From contig NC_043006.1 in assembly GCF_006345805.1 (NCBI RefSeq), positions 60,450,001 through 60,514,000 of the forward strand: a stretch of 64,000 nt of DNA, written 5' to 3'. A program made the position numbers and the translations under genes. The notes under the pieces were generated by a model. It saw only the letters and a program-made list of their open reading frames with translations, was not told the origin of the DNA and made no database searches. This stretch comes from Octopus sinensis. Its lineage: Eukaryota. How positions within the stretch are numbered: position 1 is the first letter of the stretch; every line of letters starts with the position of its first letter. Positions 62,664 through 64,000 of the stretch are shown here, piece after piece.

Positions 62664-64000
62664 TGCTCACCACGTGGGGATAATCGGAATTCTTCTCTTC
62701 ACTTTTTCTTACTATATATATACACACACAAACATACATGGAAATGTATGTGGGTATGTGAAACGTGTGTACTTATGCTTCAATGCGTGTAGAAGTAGGC
62801 AGATAGAAGAAATAAGCTAATATAATGCGTAAAAATTGAGAATATAATAAAGATACACCTTTAGGTTTTCTTTTTAGATCAACTTCTTTAGTTTCGTTTA
62901 CAATCTTGTAATAAATAATATTGATAATCTCCAAAGTTTAATAGACTCTTGATATTTAGAGAATTATCATTACTTGATATACCGAAGTGTGTTATTATTA
63001 AAGCAATATCGAAATATTTAGATTGAAAGTGATGCAAAGCAAAATAATATTCTCATGCTTTATGCACCATTCTCTGGCGAAATAATTTAATTGGTATTTC
63101 AAAGGGATGATATTGGCATTTAAGATTTGATTAGTGAGATATATAGAAGGAAATCCATAAACAAACGATCAATATTTTCTTCTAAAGATTTACTTCCGAG
63201 TGTGAAAATAAATTCGCATTAATCATCAGATAAGTAATATTTGTATGCAATATATAGTATATATTAATAATTATGTTGTGTCTTACGTATTTTTGAAATT
63301 AATTTACCCGAAAATGTTATACTGTGAGAAAACATTGTCTGTAAAGATTAATACACAACATTAAACATTTTTTTAACTCAGCATAACAAATTTAATACAT
63401 ATTTTGCAAGAATGAGTCCAGATCCCACGTTTCATTATCACCTCCTACGCAAATTCTCTATTTCTTTTTATAACTATAACATGTATACAAACAATAATAG
63501 TAACTACAACACCAATAGGTGTTAATATCAATATTAATGTGAATAACTACGAAAATGGTAAGGTAAATCAAAATCTTAACCCGAGCCTATAAAGAGATTT
63601 GTCTTCGTCTACACTATCTATAGCAAACATCAACTAAACCTGCAATCGGCTATGTTTTGGAAGAAAAAATCAAAAGAGTTATGAAAACTTATCTCTCTTC
63701 AGCTTCAACATATTCTGAAGCATGTATAATGCGAGCTGATCACATCGTGGTTTTGTCAATCGCTGGTGAGTAGCCTTTGATTTTTGTGTCGCAATCAAAA
63801 GTCCTTCATTCTCAGTTTTGAATTCTGGATTTCGGAGAGTGACAAGATTTCTCTTTATCCTCCACCGTTATTTATTTTCTTAGTTGCTGGCCATACAGTG
63901 TAAACGATACTATAGTTTTCACACAACATTCAGTTCCCCACTCCCATTTAATGCATATTTTTTGTTAAATACTCACGGTTTCTGTTATTATCTATCCCTT

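Overview
Eukaryotic, AT-rich, repeat-saturated window with no host protein-coding gene I can support. The SINE/LINE repertoire and (TA)n/(TG)n load resemble an octopod cephalopod genome (inference from recall, not a search). Nearly all listed ORFs are microsatellite artefacts or transposon fragments. Recognisable elements: Penelope-like retroelements (PLEs, including a young RT+GIY-YIG copy at 18458-19772), a ~3.2 kb RTE LINE, CR1-like, Tx1-like and R4/Dong-like LINE fragments, five Tc1/mariner relics, a foldback MITE and three tRNA-derived SINE families. The most striking signal is a dense set of hammerhead ribozyme (HHR) motifs, about 17 intact or decayed, from several unrelated sequence families. 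They sit in non-coding units that lie in or beside (TA)n tracts and are arranged as tandem and inverted copies: a 562-bp unit x~3 plus an inverted copy, a 396-bp unit, a 209-bp-arm palindrome, and a ~2.5-kb-arm foldback around the young PLE. This looks like PLE pseudo-LTR / retrozyme-like biology. Separately, 3021-3353 holds five copies of a fixed-spacing GACGTCATC-N10-CCAATC module, a candidate promoter/enhancer. All structures were folded and aligned by eye; indel-rich duplicates suggest some long-read consensus error.
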